From contig OZ287082.1 of the NCBI GenBank assembly GCA_965645245.1, positions 124,001-188,000 on the forward strand: a stretch of DNA of 64,000 bases, in the 5' to 3' direction. Below the pieces are notes generated by a model. It saw only the letters and a list, made by a program, of their open reading frames with translations, ran no database searches and was not told the origin of the DNA. Position numbers and translations under genes: made by a program. This DNA comes from Massalongia carnosa (lineage: Eukaryota). Positions 36,001 through 48,836 of this stretch are shown here, piece by piece; within the stretch, counting starts at the first letter, position 1, and every line of letters begins with the position of its first letter.

Positions 36001-37000
36001 GATGAAGCATTTTATTCCCTGCAGAGAGACCACCGACGCTAAGGCCTTGGCTAGACTATACGTTGAACATGTCTGGAAACTTCATGGCCTACCTGACTCC
36101 ATTGTGTCGGATCGAGGAGGCCAGTTCATAGCTGACTTTTGGAAAGCACTTTGTGAACGACTAAGGATCAACAGTCGGCTATCTACGTCATTTCATCCGG
36201 AGACTGACGGTCAAACGGAACGTTATAATGCAGTCATGGAACAATACCTCAGAGGCTATGTGTCCTATCAACAAGATGATTGGACCGACTGGCTACCCAT
36301 GGCTGAGTTCGCTAGTAATAACTCCGACTCCGAAACAACGTCCGTCAGCCCGTTCCTTGCCAACTATGGTTTCCACCCCCGTCTTGGTTTTGAACCTGTT
36401 CATCGCGACTCCCCCAATGCACATGTCATTAGCGCTGATGAATTCGCCTCCAAAATGCAAAGTATCAGTGAACACCTCGGAGACGAAATGCGCCTAGCTC
36501 AAGCACGTTATGAAGCATCTGCTAATGCAAGTAGGACCCCGGCTCCCAAATTTCAGATCGGTGACGAGGTCTGGTTGGACGCTAGACATATAAAGACCAA
36601 ACGGCCGTCGCGAAAGTTGGACTGGAAAAAGCTTGGAAGGTTCATTATAAAGAAAGTTGTCAGCAAGTACGCATACGAGTTAGACCTTCCCGCCTCCATG
36701 AACGTTCATCCTGTATTCCACGTCTCCCTTCTAGAGCCTGTCTCTCAACACCCTCACGTCGGCCACATACCCGCTCCTTCCCCTCCTGTCGAAGTTGAAG
36801 GTGAAACAGAGTGGGAGGTCGAGGAAATTTTGGACTCTCGTTTCTTCCGAAGACGCTTACAGTACCTGATCAAGTGGACTGGTTGGGACGCACCCGACTG
36901 GACCGAAGCTAAGGACGTCACCCACTGCTCCGACCTACTGGAAGACTTTCATCGACTGAGGCCTAACAAGCCTGGTGGTCCTCGCGGAGCTCGGACCTAA
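33043..37000 (+). CDS. Gypsy-2 Pol (PR-RT-RH-IN-chromodomain); one +1 A frameshift near 35694-35699
   Basis: ALIDCGAS, AYIDDILIYS, YDKELLAI, SDRGGQF, ETDGQTER, EWEVEEILDSR..YLIKWTG. ORFs 33115-35724 and 35699-37000 join at an A6 run. Confidence 0.93.
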
Positions 37001-38238
37001 AAGGGGAGCTGCTGTCATGGAGTGACTGGGCACCTGCCACACTAACCGGTTAGCCGGTCCGAAAGGAACTAAGCTTAATCCGGACCAGTTAGGGCAACGG
37101 TAGGTGTTCCGGCCGTCAATAGTGTCATGGCGATAGTGTCATGCCAGGGACTCGAGGGAAATTGGATCAATAGCTGGATCGGGACTAGTTCCGTTCGCCA
37201 GAGTCTTATACTCGCCCACGTTTGATTTTCTGATTCTTTTCTCCTTGTCGAACGTCTTGTCCACCTAGCTAGACAATCAAGTAATACGTTTGCACCACCT
37301 GAATTCCTACCTGACCTCGCACCGTGACAAGTGGGGGGGTAGAGGTGGAGGTGGAGGTGATAGAGGAGGTGAAGAAGGTTTAAACTATTAGACGGGGTCG
37401 TATTGTACGTCAACCACGTAAAATGTGATTAAGTTGCATGCAGACAAAATATCAATTTCACGTCTAATAGACATTGAAGCCGAATTTGTATGCAAAACGG
37501 GTGAGGGGGAGGCTGTAGAAATTAAGCGAAATTTAGTTAGTCCCGTTGCCCATTTTGTCCCGTTGCCCAGTAAGTTACGTTAGAACATGCATTTGGAATT
37601 CTGAAAGGAAGATGAAAAAATCTGACCGGGCTGAGAATTCGAGTCAGGAACAAGAAAAGCTATACCTACGTCATCAAATTGATAACTGCATGTGTGGTGC
37701 TTCATAATATTCTTCAAGACATTCGAGATGAATGGAATGAAGAAGAAGGATGGTTGACAGAAGAAGAAGAGGCACATGACGAAGAGATGAAACAGCTACT
37801 CAGCAGTCAAATGACTGAAGGTCTGATCACAAGAGATCAGGTAAAACGATTGTTCATCGGCAGTTAAGATGACTGGTGATTGATCTTATACAACCCTAGT
37901 TGTCATTTCATTTCTTCCATTTTAAAGACTAGCATTTTTTTGATTTGATGTCGTCTGATTTCCTAGTCTTCATTGGTCGCTCCCCCCCCTTCTTATTACC
38001 GCCCCCTCCTCTCCTGTTGGGGCTGGTTCTGAGAATTTCTATTGACTAGGTTTTCTTACAATATTTCTAGACGAAGTTTCGAAGCTTCGTGGGTGGGAGG
38101 CTATTTATCCCCTTTCCCCGTGACCGAGTTCTAGCCCTATTAGCTTTAGGAGTCTCGGTCCTATCCGTAGCTGCCCATTTTAAAGTTGAATCCTGATTCT
38201 GTCCTGTCATTAAACTTACCTGAGGTTCATTGAACCCA

Positions 38239-38697
38239 TGTCAAGGACTGGGTTGGGAATTGAACTGATGTTCCTAGGAATTGCATTGGATGATCAAGAT
38301 GTCTTTATTAATAAGGTTATAACTAGGAGGTGGTTTGCTATACAAGACGTCGGACGAGGAGTCAACTATCTATAGGATATATCCTCTTTTTATACCTTAG
38401 CCGGCCCCTTCTTTCTCATGTTTTACCTTCACCCTAGATGAGAGATTTTGGTGATGGTGGCGGCGATATGGTAGAGCGATAAGTGGGCCAGTGGATGTGA
38501 TCGTCCTAGCAATAAGAGGGTATAGTGGAGTGAGGAGATAGGTGGAGTGGAGTAAGGGGGGTGGAGTAGAGTAAGGGGTTTATTCAGACTCATGCCGAGG
38601 ATGAATCTGAATAGGCTTTCAGGTAGCTTTACCTCGATCGCCGCTTGGCGGTTCGGGGTAATCAATTAGGTTTTAACTCAAACTTTATTTCATGACA
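38239..38697. mobile_element. Solo LTR (same family as 49454-49894, inverted)
   Basis: TGTCA...TGACA; flanks ACCCA/ACTTA read as a decayed TSD; matches the reverse complement of 49454-49894. Confidence 0.88.
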
Positions 38698-39537
38698 ACT
38701 TACCTCATTAGCTTCATTTCTCAGGTTGGGCCCTGACACCGCTAAATCCTTTGAAAGGGGGCATGTAGATTGTTTGAGAAAATGAGGGTTCTGATATCAA
38801 GCGAGGAATACTGGTATCAAGAGGGGGGTTTACTGGTATAAAGAGGGGGGTACTGGTATCAAAAGGGGGGTGTTGATAGTAATTCCCTTCTTATTATCCC
38901 ACTGAAACGGGGAGACCTTCTCCCAGCAGGCATTCACTACTGGAAGATGGGATCCACAGGGGCTACACAACGTGATGGTCACAATAGAGGTACAAAATAG
39001 GTAGGGTCGGGTCAAAGGGTAGACTAAATGCTACCCTTTTGAAGTGCTTGATCATTGATCTATATAGAATAGGACAATCCACAACCTAAGCTCTTCTTCC
39101 GTACCTTGCCCATACTACCTGGTATTTTCGGTCTCCGAAATACTTCGGTCACCGAAAGACACAGGTAGATGAGACTAGGCAGGCGAGCTAGAGGAGATGA
39201 GGCGAGGCGAGGGGATACTTCGTGTACTACGAAAACACCTCCATAATAAGTTAAGTCCCCACACTATGCCTAACTGGGTTAGGCGGGACCTTATTGTCTT
39301 GGTGGTTGTTTTGGCTGTACATATCCCACATAGCCACATAGGCCAGTCTTACGTTCAACGAACGCATACTTTGCCTACCCTATTACACCCACCCTTTCAT
39401 ATTTACCCCCTCCGTCATCCTTTTCTATTCACCTCCTCTCCCCTTTCTTATCATTCTTTTTCTTCCTTCCTGATTAAGAAGTAGGCATCTTTAAAAAAAG
39501 GTTAGCTAGTTCAAAATCGAAGTTTAAATGAACTTAC

Positions 39538-40576
39538 CACTTCTTTTGAGTCTTCTCTAACTCAATTTGTAGCCTCATCATCTTTTCCTCGTGTTGCATA
39601 CAACTTATAGCAATTATTTCTTCCTATTTGAGACAAATCTCTTTATGATATTGATCTCTTTGACTGGTTTCAGCATCAAACCGCTTTTGAAGTTGAATTT
39701 GTTCGAATTCAAAGTGTTTACTGATGTCATTGGACTTCATGATCTGCACCTCAACCAAGGCGTCTGCCACGGATCGGACTTTTTCCAGTCTGAATCCTCG
39801 TTTGGTAATGACTTTTGATCGCGTGTCATCACTCTCCGAATCTATCTCCAAAGGTCGTTTACGATGGCCACGACCAGGTGTAGGTGTAATTTGTTCAGTA
39901 CTAGAGTCAGGTTTGACTTTTTTATTCCTGATTGCATACTTTTCTTTGGCACGTTTAACCAAATCAGTCTTTGGTTTTGAGATATCATCTTCAAGCCAAT
40001 GACCAGCATCAGATAACTGCCTGTTCATGTCGCTATCACCGTCTCGAGCCCGTTTTTCATAGTCCTCCTCATCGATAGTTTCAACTTCCGTATCTTCCGC
40101 ATCTTCTTTTCCTTCAGCGGTACCAGGTCTTTCGGACTCCATTATATAGGGTGGAGTGATAGTGGGAAGATCTCCCATAATCTCTTCCAACTCGTAGTAG
40201 AAAGAGCATTTTTAATCAAGACCTCCTTGATGGTTATTCCCCGCGTGTTTTCCGCCACTACTTTATGTTTTGTTGGATCTACCCCCCATCCCGTCTGATC
40301 CGCGAGGGCCCTGATTTCTTTGAAAGATTTAATCATTTGGGCGACTTTATCTCTGGCTTTTTGCTTGGATACATCGGGTCGTTGAGTACTCAGTCCAGAC
40401 TCCAACAGAATTCTTCTACAAGCTTCTACCTTGTTTCCTTTTGGATAGAGATTGAGATTGACGGAAATACCCTGATCGCCTCTGATACAAAGCCATTGAA
40501 TGACTAGTTGAGTGTCTTCATCTTTCCAACGGATATTGGGACCTCGAGGTCGAGTTGGAAGAGTAATGAACGTCAT
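39538..40576 (-). pseudogene. Harbinger ORF2, Myb/SANT-like DNA-binding protein (frameshift near 40210, stop at 39624)
   Basis: RWKDEDTQLVIQWL, DQTGWGV and rejoined KCSFYYELEEIMGD; convergent with the transposase inside the TIRs. Confidence 0.8.
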
Positions 40577-40657
40577 GTTTAATGATTAGGAATGATCAAG
40601 ATGAGATAATAATAATTGAGTTAAAATAAACCAGCTAAGATAACCTAAACAACGTGA

Positions 40658-40763
40658 CTCAGCCCTACTTTTCGAAAATTAAAACCTGAAAACCTGAAAT
40701 TCCAGTCTCATGAGACCGGAATATCAGGTTTTCAGGTTTTAAATTTCGAAAAGTAGGGCTGAG
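40658..40763. repeat. 106-bp near-perfect palindrome
   Basis: 53-bp arms with 3 mismatches and no loop, centred on TCATGA. Confidence 0.95.
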
Positions 40764-41660
40764 AATTTATACCTAAATAGGTTTAATGTGCCTACATAAA
40801 AAACCTGAAAACCTGGCCAAAAAAACTCAACCGTGAAAACCCCTATTAAGGCGATCTGCGACCACGACTCCTCCGCCCAGCGCATAGACTTCTAACATTA
40901 TTCATCTTCTGCTTCGGCTTTCAATCCGACTTCGCCTTCCCCTCTTGATTCTGCTTCTGCTCCTGCTCTACTCTTGCTTCCGCTTCTCTAATATAGCAAC
41001 ACTCATACGTGCGTCTATTCATTATTTCAAAGAATTAAGACTGACAGAAGCATAGCAATAGCCAACGAAAGCAGGTTTGAATAGTTATACAAACTTTGGA
41101 TAACTGGTATATAGTAGCTAATATCTGAAACAAATACTCGCATGTATAAGTAATTCAGTTAAGGCGAAAGATAATGCCGGGATCGAGTAATAGCAGGTTA
41201 TGGATAACCAACGAAGGTTGAAGATCGTGTTGAAGTGAATTGTTGATCCACTACAGTGCATGTACGAATATTTAGAAGGAATAGTTTTGATTTAATCTAT
41301 CGTCGGTGCTTTTTGAGCACCCATATCGGCTAAATTACCCTAGGCCTATTCTGGCCAAGCAGTCATCAACTACCTGAAACTTATCTGTTAGCGTAATGTT
41401 TAAGATAACCTTAATACTCTCATTAGGCATGATGTCTGTTAAATGAACAGTTGACGAGATAATGTTGAAATTACTACGAAGGTGACTGCTTATAGCAGTC
41501 ATGGCAGCCTTCAGAGCTGAGCTAGAAGTAATGAGATTAAGTGAGTATTCCAACAATATCTGCTTTGAAGATTGATGTTATTCAGAAATTCGTTTTATCT
41601 TATTTCTGTAACAAGGGTGGTAATAAGTCACGTAAGCCACTGAGCTAAAAGGCTACTATA

Positions 41661-41891
41661 TGTCACGATTGCCTCGCTAGCACCCGAATCGAGTCAGGGC
41701 GCTAAGGCTTAAATGATAAGCGAGGGCTAGTCTCAGCATGGTTGGCGCGATCAACCGAAAGATTATATCTTTGCTTTCGCTGTTAAATTTTTCTTTCTTC
41801 CTTGTCGAACGTCATGTAAAAATCCGATTGCCTACCTATAGAAAAGAATTCGTACCACCTGATCTTATCTCACCGAGTTCTTCTCGTCACA
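41661..41891 (+). mobile_element. Solo LTR related to Gypsy-2
   Basis: TG...CA, TSD CTATA; shares CCTTGTCGAACGTC and ACCACCTGA with the Gypsy-2 LTR. Confidence 0.85.
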
Positions 41892-42041
41892 CTATAGTAG
41901 TTCTCCTATAGAGTCACTACCGCTTATTACACTACATATAGACGCCCCGCGTCCGGTACGTTACCGTACCTCGTTAGGCGCTCACATATTGCGCCCGCTG
42001 GCTAGCAGTACTGAGTAGTGCTGTAGTAATTTCATGCTTAT

Positions 42042-43584
42042 TGTAATACGGATGGCGCTAGAAGGATACGTGATCGCCTACGGCGGTTGCGGGTTTAACT
42101 AGCATGAGCCAGGCCGTAGTACTTAGTCGCACAGCCGTCGAGGTAGACACGACGCCACCTTGCCACACGACTCCGAATCCTACGTTCTAGACTGCTTACA
42201 GATCAAACACCTGTCGAGGCCGTGGTGGTAGATTGCCATGGAGTAAGGCGAACTCATGTGGAGAAGCCGTGAACTCTATATTGGAATTTGCCGAGATAGC
42301 TGAATATTTGCGACCGAGGTTCTTTTGCCTCCTGCTTACTAATTTCCAGATTAGGCAATCATATGCTATATGCGAAAAGCTTCAGATATCGGCACGACTT
42401 CGGCAACTACGAGGAGGCAAAAGTATTCAGCAAGAATGCTACATTTCGGAGGCAATTCAGCTGTTCATGATCACTAAGTGTCTCGGTGTCTCCGGTCAGC
42501 AATGAGGTGTATTTTGCCCAGCTGAAAAGGTTCAAAGGAAGCAGGTTCATGCGTTTGATATAGGCGGAGATGGAGGCCCTCAAGCAGTATTAAGAGACGA
42601 TGATTCCTCATGTAATTTAGCTATTCAGTCGTTCAGAATTCAGTTCAGCAGATAGCTAAATTTGGAGTATCTTCACTGGAAAGACGGAGTACCTGCATCA
42701 CGTTTGCCAAGCACTTCTCTTTGCCTATCCTTGATAGCCCTAGACCCTCTTCTCCTGCATCCCGCTGCCGTATGCCTGGTTGATTTTTTGATCAACACTC
42801 TATATGGAATCTACTGGCCTACTTGGAGCTACTCGATCAGTTGATGGATCAAGAGTTGTAGCAGGAGGCACGGCTAGCTGGACGCAGCTTGAGCTCGGCC
42901 TTCCCGGTGTAAACTTCAGCTTCTACCTTTATTGCTACGTTGGTAGTGATGTCGGCTGAATCAACCTACATGACCTTGTGGTCCAGACTTTGTGTCTAGA
43001 GGCAGGTCCGCAGTGTAGATAAAGATTCAGTCGGAGGTAACCTTCCATCGCTACGTTGGTAGTGGTGACGGCGAAATGAAGCTACATAGCCTCGGCGTCT
43101 AGACTTTATATTTCGAGGCGGGCTAGCAATGTAGTAAGGGATCTAGCCGGAGGTAGAAGTGTTCTACCTTGCAAGGGAAGGTCTAGAAGGCTGCTCGAGG
43201 CTGACTAGATGATCCAGTGAACGCCGAGTTCGTAGATAGATCTTGAGGGATGGTTAGATGTAAGGCGATAAGGTCAGAAGTGGGTTGCAAGGCTCCTAAG
43301 GTTCCAAGGCTCCCAAGGCTATAGGCTTGGGGTGAGTAGGGTAAATACCAGAACGAATCCTGTAGTATTCGTTAGCTATTAGTCTTTATTCTATGAACAA
43401 CCTACGTTTGGGTCTCGGACGAGATCTCTTGGTCCAAGCACTTCCATATCCATTAGTTCTTTAGATCACATATACTCTCGGAGACCAGCACGTAGTAACT
43501 ATCTTCCACCTCTCACGCTGAGTATTTCCCCTTTCGAGATCAGTGTCGCTCGTGATTAGCTTACTGGTCTCGTAGCCCATTATA
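42042..43584 (+). mobile_element. About 1.02-kb solo-LTR-like element, copy A, with a nested solo LTR
   Basis: TGTAAT...ATTATA, TSD CTTAT; inverted homolog at 48229-50224. Confidence 0.85.
42279..42797 (+). mobile_element. 519-bp solo LTR nested in copy A
   Basis: TATTG...CAACA, TSD CTCTA; the empty site is visible in copy B near 49975-49985. Confidence 0.88.
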
Positions 43585-44088
43585 CTTATCATGACTCTAA
43601 ACACTTTGATTTTTATTGATGATAACGACCTTGTCATTTTATTTGTTGTTATCTCATTAGTTGAAAGATATGTGAAGATAATATTTCGATTTAACACAAC
43701 TTTTCTCATTGAATGATTTCGTATAAAAATAAGTTTTGTTCGTTTATGAAACTTCAAACTGACAATGAAATAAACTGGTTATTTATTAGCTGCTAAATGA
43801 TCGACTGATTGTTAAAATAATCGATGATTGAGAATCTCGATAATATGAATGCATTAAAACATCTTTATTTATGTTTTGGTAATGATCATATATTCGATTT
43901 GACAAGAGAAAAGAATTACGATCAATTGTTTATTTTGATTGATATGAAATTGAATCGTTCGAAAAAATTCAAACGTATTTATCGATTGATTATTTTTAAT
44001 TTACTATTCGCGTTTAATCAAAATCGTTGTATTCAATTAATTCATTCGAGGAATAAATCGAGAATATCTATTTTATGATCAATGTTTC

Positions 44089-44541
44089 TGTCAGGGAATC
44101 GCTTCGCACCCTCCCGCTTGTCCTGATCGGGTTAGTATTTAACAGGGTCCAATGCTGTGAAACCTCACCCATCGTGCTTAGGCTTTCTTCTGCCGACCTC
44201 AGCGCACTATTAGTCTCCTACAATCCGTATCCAATCTCAACGTCTCCACTATCCAGGCTTATGACTGAGAGGGCTCAGCATAGAGAGATTACTTCAGCAC
44301 AGATAAAGGCGGGATAGGTCAAAGCAATCATGTCAAGGAAATTAGTAAAGGAACAGAGATGGGGCAAGTCGAGAATAGAAGAGTTGAAAGCCATGGCTAT
44401 AAAGTCTATATCGTTTCCCAGGTGTTTAGAGCTCCTCATCGGACGTCTTATGTATTATTCTCAACTTCTAGTTTTAGCATATTCTAGATATCCGTTCTGC
44501 AAGATAGAGTCTTGTATCTCTCCAGCCCTCCTCCCCTGACA
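44089..44541. mobile_element. Solo LTR
   Basis: TGTCAGGG...CCCTGACA, TSD GTTTC. Confidence 0.85.
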
Positions 44542-44637
44542 GTTTCTGTTAAATATCGAAAGATTTATTTGATTAATTTTATATGAGTAAATTCTAGATT
44601 GCTGCAATAACGATTGAGAATTTTCACAAAATAAAAA

Positions 44638-47578
44638 GGGAACGGATAACAGGACACCACTTTGGTTAGATAAACACCACCTCCGGTTAGGTAAATACCG
44701 CTAGCCCAGGTAGGGTAGATTCCTCGGCCCCGCCCGCCTCTTCCCCTTTTAGGTCTAGCGGTTGAAATTCCCATATTCTACCTGTACCTCATCCTTGCAC
44801 TCATATTTCACATTTGATCTGCAGGCACCCTGCCGCCGCCATGTCGTCATGCCGCTTCGACCTCCCGAAGATAGTCAATCCTTTGTATCACTAGAAGGAG
44901 CATGCCGCCACCGAAGGCTACGCCGTTGTGCTTCTTCGAACCAAGAAAACCAAGCTGGGAGTGAGAAATAAAGCTTGGTTAAAATGCGACCGAGGTGGAA
45001 AAGTCAGAGAACCGCAGGGTCAGGATCGTCGGCACACCAGCAGTCGACTAATTGCTTGTCCATTTGCCCTGACAGCCAAAATGGACGACGAGGTGTGGTT
45101 TTTGGAGGTGGTAAATAGGACACACAATCATCCGTCCAGTCTTGCTGGCTCTCATCCTGCCTTGAGAAAAATCGCTCTGACCGGAGTAAAGGATGACGTT
45201 ACCAGACAGTTAACAGTACAAACGTCGGCGTCAAAGGTTTTGTCTAGTCTGCGTGTTCCCGATGTGAAGGCAGATCTCAGTCCTCATGATCCCAATGCCG
45301 AGATCATTGTGAATCCGATGTTTAAACCTCGGGACATCTACAACTTAAAGGCGCAGATGAGACGTGATGTCTTGGGACTATTGACTCCTCTTCAGGCAGT
45401 GATTCGTGAGTTTGACGAAAAGGATTGGGTGTACAACTTTCAACAAGACATTCATCAGCAGATTACGCATCTCTTCTTCATCAAGGGCAGTTCCCAAACT
45501 CTTCTGATAGATAATCATGAAGTTCTCATTATGGATTGCACGTACAAGACCAATCGATACAAAATGCCTCTTCTCGTCATCAGCGGACAAACCGCGCTAC
45601 ATACTATCTTTTATGTCGCCTTTTGCTTTCTGATCACGGGGAAAGCAGAGGACTACATCTGGGCTTTACAGCAATTGAAGGAGGTATATTCTCGATTGGA
45701 ACTTCCTGATTCGATTATTCTCGTGTCCGACATTGAGAAAGGATTAATGTTGGCATCTTCTATAGTCTTTCCAAATATCAATCATTTGCTATGCATCTGG
45801 CACATCGATCAGAATGTGTTGACAAATTGCAAAAAAACTTTCGACAATGAGGAATGGAAGATCTTTTTGTCAGCTTGGAAATCAGTAATCTATGCAGCAA
45901 CCGAGCCTCAATTTTGGAAGCTATGGGAGCAGTTTTCTGCTATCTATATGACTTCTCATGAAGATTGTATTCGATATTTGAAGTCCACCTACATTGATAA
46001 TTATCGCGATCGCTTTGTGGCATGCTACACCAACAAGGTGCTGCATTTTGAGACAACGGTAACGTCGCGAGGGGAAGGCGTACATGAAGTATTAAAACGT
46101 CAATTAGGATCATCGACCGGAGATTTGAAGCTGGTAGTTGAAGGCATTAATCTGCTACTAATAAATCAGTATCATGATCATCTGATTGCTTTTTATTGTA
46201 ATTGAAGATCTGCTGGCATAGTAAAAAGCTCACTTTTGAAACGATTGATCTTTCTATCTACCTATCTAAGGACCGTGTTTATATAGATAGAAAAACATGC
46301 CGAAAACCGTTCTCCCTATGACTCACCTTCCTGCTTCCTAGAAATCTAAGATTGGTGATTGACTCATATCAAATTTATGACTCGATAGGAATGTTCATAG
46401 AAGTTTTGCGGTGCTTCTCGAGGTCGTTATGTGTTGCCTAATGTTCTTACCAACGCACTAATCCCAATGCGGTACCATGTGACTCTGAACACTTTACTAG
46501 GCATCAGCCGGGTGACTTTGCACATTACAACACTTTTGAAGAAGCCAGAACACGTTTTCCACTTCATCTTCGCAAAGTTATCTTCCAGCAACTGAGAGCA
46601 TTTATCAGTCCCTATGCCCTGAAAAAGATTCTACACCAATACGAGTTATTAACAGGAAGACCGACAGTTATTCCAGCTTGTACCAACGTCTTCACAACTA
46701 TCACCGGCTTGCCTTGTAGTCATCTGATTCAGCAACGATTATTCGAGAATGAAGGAAGTCTGACATTAGAAGATGTGCACCCGCATTGGAAGTAGGTTAT
46801 TGTTATTTAATCGATGGTCAGCGATCAGCTACTAACAACAGTTCACGGTTGGAAAAGCGCGCCCCTCCGATTGCTTTGATTAATCCTCTTCTTCTAGTGA
46901 GGGAACCGGAGATAGCCCGACCTCGTGGTCGCCCTCAGGGAGCGGAAAACAGACGAGCGGAGGCATTGGACAATTCCACTCATCGATTACCATCTCAATT
47001 CGAACAGGTTGAAATGGAAACAGCTGATGCAATAGCTCCGGAGGTGGAACGAGCTATTCATCGAGCCAATACTACACCAGGCAGGGTAGGACGTCGGGGG
47101 CGAGGGCGAGGGCGAGGACGAGGGGGAGGGAGAGGAGGGGGAGGGGGAATTGGTGAAAGAGCTGAGACAAACACAAGGACCGGCCGAGCTAGGGCTAGGG
47201 CTAGTCGAGGCAGAGCTGGTCGAGGAAGGGAAGACGGGATTGGCGGGGATGCAGCAGATGGAATTGGCGGGGATGCAGCGAATGCGGCTCCAATCAACTG
47301 ATTTGCATTACTAAGCTTCAAACAAAGGGTGCGATTCATGAAGACAGTGCCAATCGACAAATCCAATGTCTAGTAATCGATGGTTGAAAGCTGAATTGAA
47401 TTTTTTCTTGAGGTGTCAATGTTGGGATGTGGACTGCTAGACCTAAAAGGGGAAGAAGGCGGCGGGGCCGAGGAATCTACCCTACCTGGGCTAGCGGTGT
47501 TTACCTAACCGGAGATGGTGTTTATCTAACCGGAGGTGGTGTTTATCTAACCAAAGTGGTGTCCTGTTATCCGTTCCC
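44638..47578 (+). mobile_element. Mutator-like element (MULE) with decayed transposase
   Basis: About 120-bp TIRs starting GGGAACGGATAACAGGACACCACTTTGG (the right copy has a ~21-bp duplication), 8-bp TSD AATAAAAA; MDCTYKTNRYKMPL, LLCIWH, TSRGEG.H, GLPCSH. Confidence 0.93.
46194..46532. mobile_element. Solo LTR inserted in the MULE transposase
   Basis: TATTGTAAT...ATTACAACA, TSD CTTTT; removing it restores HLIAF|EEARTRFP. Confidence 0.88.
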
Positions 47579-47602
47579 AATAAAAAATGTTCAGTCGAAT
47601 AT

Positions 47603-47874
47603 TGTTGAAATAGGTATATGACTATGGCTATATAGATATGTAATAATAAAGGTATGTATGACGGTGATTTTAAGGATGAAGAGTTGCTATGCAGTAATCT
47701 TTTCCTATTACTGGTCACCCTTCTAAGCGAGGTGATCTTATCTTATCTTGGGACTAATCCTAATGCGGCATCTACGGTTTCCGTAGATTATCTGTCAATC
47801 TAGGGCAGCCGTAGGTGCTATGTTTATTGAACTGATAGGTGTTCATTATGCTGGTAGGAATTGGATATTTAACA
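47603..47874 (-). mobile_element. Solo LTR of the Copia-3 family
   Basis: TGTT...AACA, TSD AATAT; inverted match to 50827-51094. Confidence 0.92.
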
Positions 47875-48318
47875 AATATGAACTGTTAAGCATATCAATA
47901 ATTGAATTGCTGAATAATACCAGGAAAAGATGACTTTTTCGTCATCTGTTTCAAAAAAAAAAAGAATTCGTCATTTTCTAATTTATTTATATAAAACCTT
48001 GCTTGCTGTCGATTATTTCCAAACGATTCAAAATCTTTTTGAAAAAAATAACTTGATGATAGATCGTGATTTTTTCAAAATTAACCTCAATTTTCGTTTT
48101 GAAATAATAAAAAACGGAATTTAAATTCGTCATTTTTAATCTATCATATAATTGGTTTTGTATAAACTCGAGATGAGATACGTCTGTTTAAAAAAATTAT
48201 TAATCGTTTACGTAAATCCTTATGTATTTGTAATGGGCTACGAGACCTGTAAGCCAATCACGAGCGACACTGATCTCGAAAGGGGAAATGCTCAGCGCTA
48301 GAAGAGGAAGATAGCTAC

Positions 48319-48836
48319 TGTTGAACAAAAATTCAACCAGGCATACGGCAGCGGGATGCAGGAGGAGAGGGTCTGGGGCTATCAAGAAAAGGCAATGAGA
48401 AGTGCTTGGCAAACGTGATGTAGGTACTCCGTATTTCCAGTGAAGATACTCCAATTTAGCTATCTGCTGAACTAAATTCTGAACGACTGAATAGCTAAAT
48501 TACATGAGGAATCACCGTCCCTTTATACTGCTTGAGGGCCTCAATCATGACCTATATCAAATGCATGAACCGGCTTCCTTTGAACATTTTCAGCTGGGCA
48601 AAATACACCTCATTGCTGACCGGAGACACCGAGACACTCAGTAATCATGAACAGCTGAATTGCCTCCGAAATGTGGCGTTCTTGCTGCATACCTTTGCCT
48701 CCTCGTAGTTGCCGAAGTCGTGCCGATATCTGGAGCTTTTCGCATATAGCATATGATTGCCTAATCTGGAAATTAGTAAGCAGGAGGCAAAAGAACCTCG
48801 GTCGCAAATATTCAGGTATATCGGCAAATTCCAATA
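48319..48836 (-). mobile_element. 518-bp solo LTR (same family as 42279-42797)
   Basis: TSD GCTAC; the empty site is visible in copy A near 43490-43500. Confidence 0.88.

Larger units (their letters stand above)
31563..37329 (+). mobile_element. Ty3/Gypsy chromovirus (Gypsy-2), full length
   Basis: 317-bp LTRs at 31563-31879 and 37013-37329, TSD AGTGG, PPT AAAAGGGGAG before the 3' LTR. Confidence 0.97.
29212..37580 (+). mobile_element. pogo/Fot1-type DNA transposon C (decayed transposase from 29381)
   Basis: TIR ACGTAACT(C/T)ACTGGGCAACGGGACAAA.TGGGCAACGGGACTAA, TA TSD at 29210-1 and 37581-2; IYNMDEKGF, SGNRE, PPYTTHMLQPL. Confidence 0.93.
28288..37867 (+). pseudogene. Harbinger DDE transposase (28288-29211 + 37583-37867), with stops, split by pogo C
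   Basis: FRSLLRM, GKVDCTHV, FFNRKKRY, YLLGDSAY; rejoined RIDI|EHAFGILKGR* and ACVVLHNI. Confidence 0.9.
28084..40844 (+). mobile_element. Two-ORF PIF/Harbinger (PHIS) DNA transposon with nested insertions
   Basis: TIR AGGGGTTTTCACGGTTGA / TCAACCGTGAAAACCCCT, 3-bp TSD ATT (28081-3, 40845-7), subterminal TCAGGTTTT repeats, convergent transposase and Myb-like ORFs. Confidence 0.9.

Noticed and set aside
38060..38100. Penelope-type hammerhead near CTTCGAAAC (minus strand)
   Set aside because: The required CUGANGA box is absent.
42233..42844. Duplicated small ORFs also at 48200-48875
   Set aside because: They lie inside two copies of a solo LTR, with no coding evidence.
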